From NCBI RefSeq assembly GCF_022539665.2, contig NC_081333.1, forward strand, positions 4,898,001 to 4,962,000: a DNA stretch of 64,000 nucleotides. Direction: 5' to 3'. The position numbers were made by a program, and so were the translations under genes. This DNA comes from Daphnia carinata (taxonomy: Eukaryota). This document shows positions 59,801-64,000 of the stretch, in pieces; the stretch's first letter is position 1, and every line of letters starts with the position of its first letter. The notes beneath the pieces are model-generated. The model was given only the letters and a program-made list of their open reading frames with translations. It searched no databases and was not told where the DNA came from.

Positions 59801-62760
59801 CATTCCTTTGATGTCAGCAGCTGCGGCGTACTTATAGTGGCGAAACCGTAGAATGATTCCATGGAGTTGACGAGTAGGTCGGGGCCTTTTAAAAGTGAAT
59901 CATTTAATGACGTGCCCCAAAAAGTGGCTGAACAGTTGAGGACGACACGAATTTTATCGGGTTTCCTTTGGTTGACGACACCATGTGCGGCCAATTGTAC
60001 CAGACTCTTCATTTGCGACGGTGACGGCGTACCCAAGCGTGATATATTCTTGCATTGCACGATCATATTGGTCAGATTTGACGGGATCACGCGAGAGTTT
60101 TTCTTCCTGCCACTTGAAGTACTTCAGCGCGTGAGTGTAGTTATCGGGAAGTTTCACCTCCTCGTTTTTCCACATCAGGCCTATTTCCCAACGCACTCCA
60201 GTGTGGGGAATTGTCGTTTAGAGGATCTTCATGGCTTTTTCTTCGCCCTGTGTTAGTCGGAGCTGTACGGGTTTCGTCAACGTAATCTTGCCGTCTTCCC
60301 AGAGCATATTTACATGTTCGCAGAGCTCCACATCGGTAACGGTTGCTCGAATGAAATTAACTCTTAGGCGTGGCAGAGGCGCTAGAGACTTTGGTATAAG
60401 CCCTGCTAGACACCAACCAAACGGGGTAAGAATGGCGTCAGGGCCTACGGGTGCTGGTGCTTTTTCTGGTTGAGAATGTCGTGAGCTCCGCGCACGTTAT
60501 GACCAATCAGTACGCTTACTTTTGATAGGTCGACAGCTGGAAGGTCTAACTCTTGCAAATGGTGCCATTTTGGCTTGAGAGTTGGCCAGTCGAACTGACG
60601 TCGTGAGAGTCGAATTGATGGAACGGTGTAGGCTGAGGGAACGTCAAATGTGGCGGAGTGGTCGTTGGAGGTTATTTGAAACGATACTTTGCGAAATCGA
60701 AAAGACGGGTCCTCTCCGTGGAATGTGCCGATGCATTATGATTTCCTCGGTCCCTGGGTACCTAGCGTTCTTGCGGTGGCTTCCGTGATGAAAGTTGTCC
60801 CGGCGCCGGTGTCGAAGAGAGCATAAGTCTTGACCGCTTTTAGCTCGCTTCGGAGTTTTAACGGCATTACAGCTAGTAGCACGGGGTACTCAGCATTTTC
60901 TAAGTTCGTGGTGCCAACACTTGCCACGGGAACGGACGCGTCTTTAGTCGGCTCGTTGGTTGATGCTTTGGAGAAAATCCGCGGTGCTCCATGAAGTAAC
61001 GTATGGTGGTTCTGCAGCCTTTTTCTTCACAGTGCCTTTTTAGGTAGCATTCGCGAATTCGGTGGCCGATGCGGAGACATCTAAGGCAGCACTTGATCTC
61101 GTGGACGACATTCACTCGCTCGTTTAGGGACATGGCAATGAAAACATCGCATTTCGCTAAGGTATGCGGTCTCTTGCATACCGCACAGGGACGTTTTGAC
61201 ACTGCATTTTCGGCTGCGCTGTGCAGAACCGTTTCTTCTAACTTTTCAGAAAGGAAGGCCTTCGTTTCAACCGGGCACCCCGTGGACTAAACGCCAGGGC
61301 GAGTATATTTCGTCCGACCAGGGCCCTTGTCTGATTTTCGATCGTTGCTTGCCGAAGTAAAGAGCGGGTGTTTCACGACCATTTCAGCTTTGACTACATC
61401 GTGCAGCCAGCAGTCAAAGTCTTCGAATGGGAGGCTCTTTGGATATGCTTTAACGATTTTCTTGCCCCACTTGCCTTTGATGTCATCTGGAAGTTTGTCG
61501 ATGAGGGTAGACAACAATGCGGATGATCCGAGGGCGGCGCTGCAGTTTATGGTGCGTAGGGAGGCTGCGGCGCCCCTTAACGTTGAACTTAAGTCTAGCA
61601 AAGACTTGTAGTCTCGGGAAGTTTTCAGGGCAGGAAGGGAAGTGATGATACCGATGTACGAGTCCGCGAGTACATGAGGGTGGCCAAACAGTTGCTCTAG
61701 TTGCTCCAGTGCTTCTTCGTAGAGCGCTGTGCTGTTAAGGCAGTCTCCCAGGAATCTGTGGACGGTGGGAGCGAGGCAGTGCCGTAATAGGGCCATTTTA
61801 TCGGTCGTCGAAAAGTCCGGATTGCTCTCTACTTATTCGCCATTTCATCGGGTCACCATTAAATGGCTCCAGGTCAATCTTTGGTGGAAGAAAGAGTAGC
61901 GATAGGTGACGGTCCTTTCGGTCGTTGCTAGATGTTAGTGACATGTGACTGTACCATTCCTCAGGTTTCTGTCTATGCATCTCGGGTGGACGCAGACCAT
62001 CTGATGTTTTGAAGGGGAGACTCTCAGGTGGAAGCACGGCGGCGCTTGTCTTTTCGGGTGATGGAGTGGGATCGCTCCAGTTGAGCACAGATTGCCTATT
62101 CGTCTGTTCCAAAAGTTTGATGCGGTCAAACATACTTTCCATTGCCACTGTGTGTTCTTCAGGCAATGCTTTTTGCTCACGCTCGTAGCGGCGTCATCGT
62201 TCAAGCTTCATGGTCTCTTGACGTCGCTGGTTTGTCTGCCACTCGTTGCTCAACTGCTGGATCTTTGCTTGGGCTTCGGCTAGCTCGCGGGTTTGAGCTA
62301 AGACGCTCTGCTGTGATTGTTTTAGAGTTTCTTCAAGCTGCCAGCGTTCCTCTCGTTCTTCTAGCAGACGCAAAAGTAGTTCAATTTGGGATTGAGTAGA
62401 AACCTGTGAGACGGAGGAGACGGCGTCATCGTCTGCGCGGTGCTGCTCGTATGGCGTTACAACTGCTTTGGCGGCTAAATCGGCCTCTGCTGGAGTGATA
62501 ACGTTCACTTGTGTTATTCCAGTATGGTGTCGTAGGCTTTGAGATTTGGAGCTAAAGGATTGAACAAATGAAGCTCGATGTTCGAGATATTCTTCGATTC
62601 TTGTCACCCCACACAGCACACTGCTGCCCTTTAGACAACCATTTTCGGTCCTCACTGGACCACTAGGACGTACATAAGACGCGTTGAAATTCTTAGATGA
62701 CGTGTTTTGGCTGCCTTCTGTACATTTAGATGTCCGGCAGTAACGTTGCCCGTGTGCGTC
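56865..62760 (-). mobile_element. Degenerate BEL/Pao LTR retrotransposon (gag-pol), with the start of the 3' LTR at 56939
   Basis: PKIDLEPFNGDPMKW and YEEALEQLEQLFG (Gag); three Cys knuckles CAVCKRPH..C, CLRCLRIGH..C, CEEKGC; YALFDTGA (protease); KIRVVLNCSA, SLNDSLLKGPDLL, FGAVSSP (RT); IYDPLGFL, LHVFCDAS; HVPGELNPADDA; DFFGP, SDNGTNL, APHFGGSWERLI (integrase); FWHRWLREYL. GGGGCCGGCGA|TGTTTCGG marks the PPT/LTR junction. Multiple frameshifts. Confidence 0.93.
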
Positions 62761-62844
62761 TTTAACCAGTCGTCCACAACGAGTTTAGGCGGTGAGCTGG
62801 ACCACTTTTGGACCGCTTAATGATATCATTTTAAAAGTTTTGTC

Positions 62845-62908
62845 TGTGGCTGGTATCGAACTCGGGTCTCCCGCATCACTGTCGGACGCTCTTTCCACTA
62901 GACATACT
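62845..62908 (-). other. tRNA-derived (Pol III A/B-box) fragment, not a complete tRNA
   Basis: GTCTAGTGGAAAGAGCG...GCGGGAGACCCGAGTTCGATACC; the core resembles 27392-27443. No complete acceptor stem found. Confidence 0.4.
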
Positions 62909-63371
62909 TATAAATGTCACAATTTTCAAGCAATACAATAGAAACATAGAAAAATGCTTAAGTTTTTTTCGACAACAGGCCACAAAAAAAATTTTAAACA
63001 TAAAGTTAAAATCGAAATTAAGTTAGACCCTCGATCCTTCAAAAGTAATTTTTTTAGATTTTGAAACTTAATTATGATTTGTAAATATTTTATGAAAATG
63101 AATTATTTGAGATAATAGTTCTACCATAACTAATGCTTGTTTTGAGCATATTTTATGCTAAATAAAATATATTTTTCTAACTCCCGTATTTCATGGAATT
63201 TACATATCAATTTACTTACTATTTTAGTTGTAAAGAATAAAATTTGAACATTCTACGTTTGAATTTCATGTATGTCAAAACTGGCAACACAGGATTTGGC
63301 CAAATGTGGGACTAAAGAAGTCAGAAAAAGATGTGACTTTCCTGGACAACATCAGCAACAGCATAATGAAA

Positions 63372-64000
63372 TTTTGAAAACTAAAGTTCTCATTACCGAC
63401 AAGGATTGCCGCGAATTGGCATCTGTTCAATAGCTCTTCCCATCCGCAACCAGTCTTTTGTGCCATTTCCACGTATTATGTGCAGTGGATAAACGTGTGG
63501 AAAAAGCACATCTATTGCTGGACCAAAGGGAGGAGATATACGAATCATTCAGAGCCGCAGTGCATTTGCATTCTGAAATGGACCTAATACACAAATCGTA
63601 TAAGCTCTGCAATATCGGTAAGAAAAATTATAAATGTTACTTAAATATTTTATGCTAATTCTTGAAAATACTTCAATAGAACACGACGGGCTCGGTGATT
63701 ATTTTGCCACTTACTGGTTTAAAACACCAGAGCTGTGGGCGATGTGCTACCGCCTTTCGGTCTTCGGTATGGGAAATAATACTACGAATCGCCTTGAAAG
63801 GTATTACCCTTTTCTAAATAATTACAATATTCTTCCTGTAAAAAGAAACATTAAAAATTTTTTTTTGGGAACAGATTCCATTCCACAATAAAAAGACCTA
63901 CCTAACTTACAACATCAACAAGTTATGTTCCCGGAACTCATACAAATTCTTCTAGACATACTTCTGCTCCGCCTTGATGACCGGAATAAAAGAACGTTGA
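63372..64000 (+). mobile_element. MULE/Mutator-type transposase remnant (ZSWIM-like), intron-containing, runs off the window
   Basis: KVLITDKDCRELASVQ*LFPSATSLLCHFHV...DYFATYWFKTPELWAMCYRL...GNNTTNRLE|RFHSTIK: the TD, CxxH and TNxxE motifs of MULE transposases. In-frame TAG at 63431-63433. Confidence 0.75.

Overview
Eukaryotic genomic DNA, not prokaryotic. Many GT-AG introns of about 60-110 nt and a YYTTTYAxPSYYTEA repeat gene suggest a branchiopod crustacean, probably Daphnia (inference). The first ~11 kb is ordinary gene space: most of a turtle (IgSF9-type; 5 Ig, 2 FN3, TM) gene on +, tail-to-tail with a small NOL7-like gene on -. The remaining ~53 kb is dominated by transposons and pseudogenes. 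It contains an internally deleted Dicer-1 pseudogene; two intact, near-identical CAP/antigen-5 genes 22,557 bp apart plus three CAP fragments; a young Ty3/Gypsy provirus with open gag and pol nested in a head-to-tail pair of non-autonomous Helitrons; degenerate Gypsy, BEL/Pao and MULE elements; several solo LTRs with target-site duplications; MITEs; a ~650-bp inverted duplication; an atypical innexin fragment; and an unrecognised 48-aa-repeat ORF. I cannot demonstrate a new multi-gene system. The best novelty candidates are the 9-Cys CXC/KIF4-like module on the Gypsy Gag N-terminus, the unc-9-type innexin remnant, the Dicer-1 remnant, the Helitron concatemer junction and the repeat protein. 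All family assignments are by eye from remembered motifs; no searches were run.
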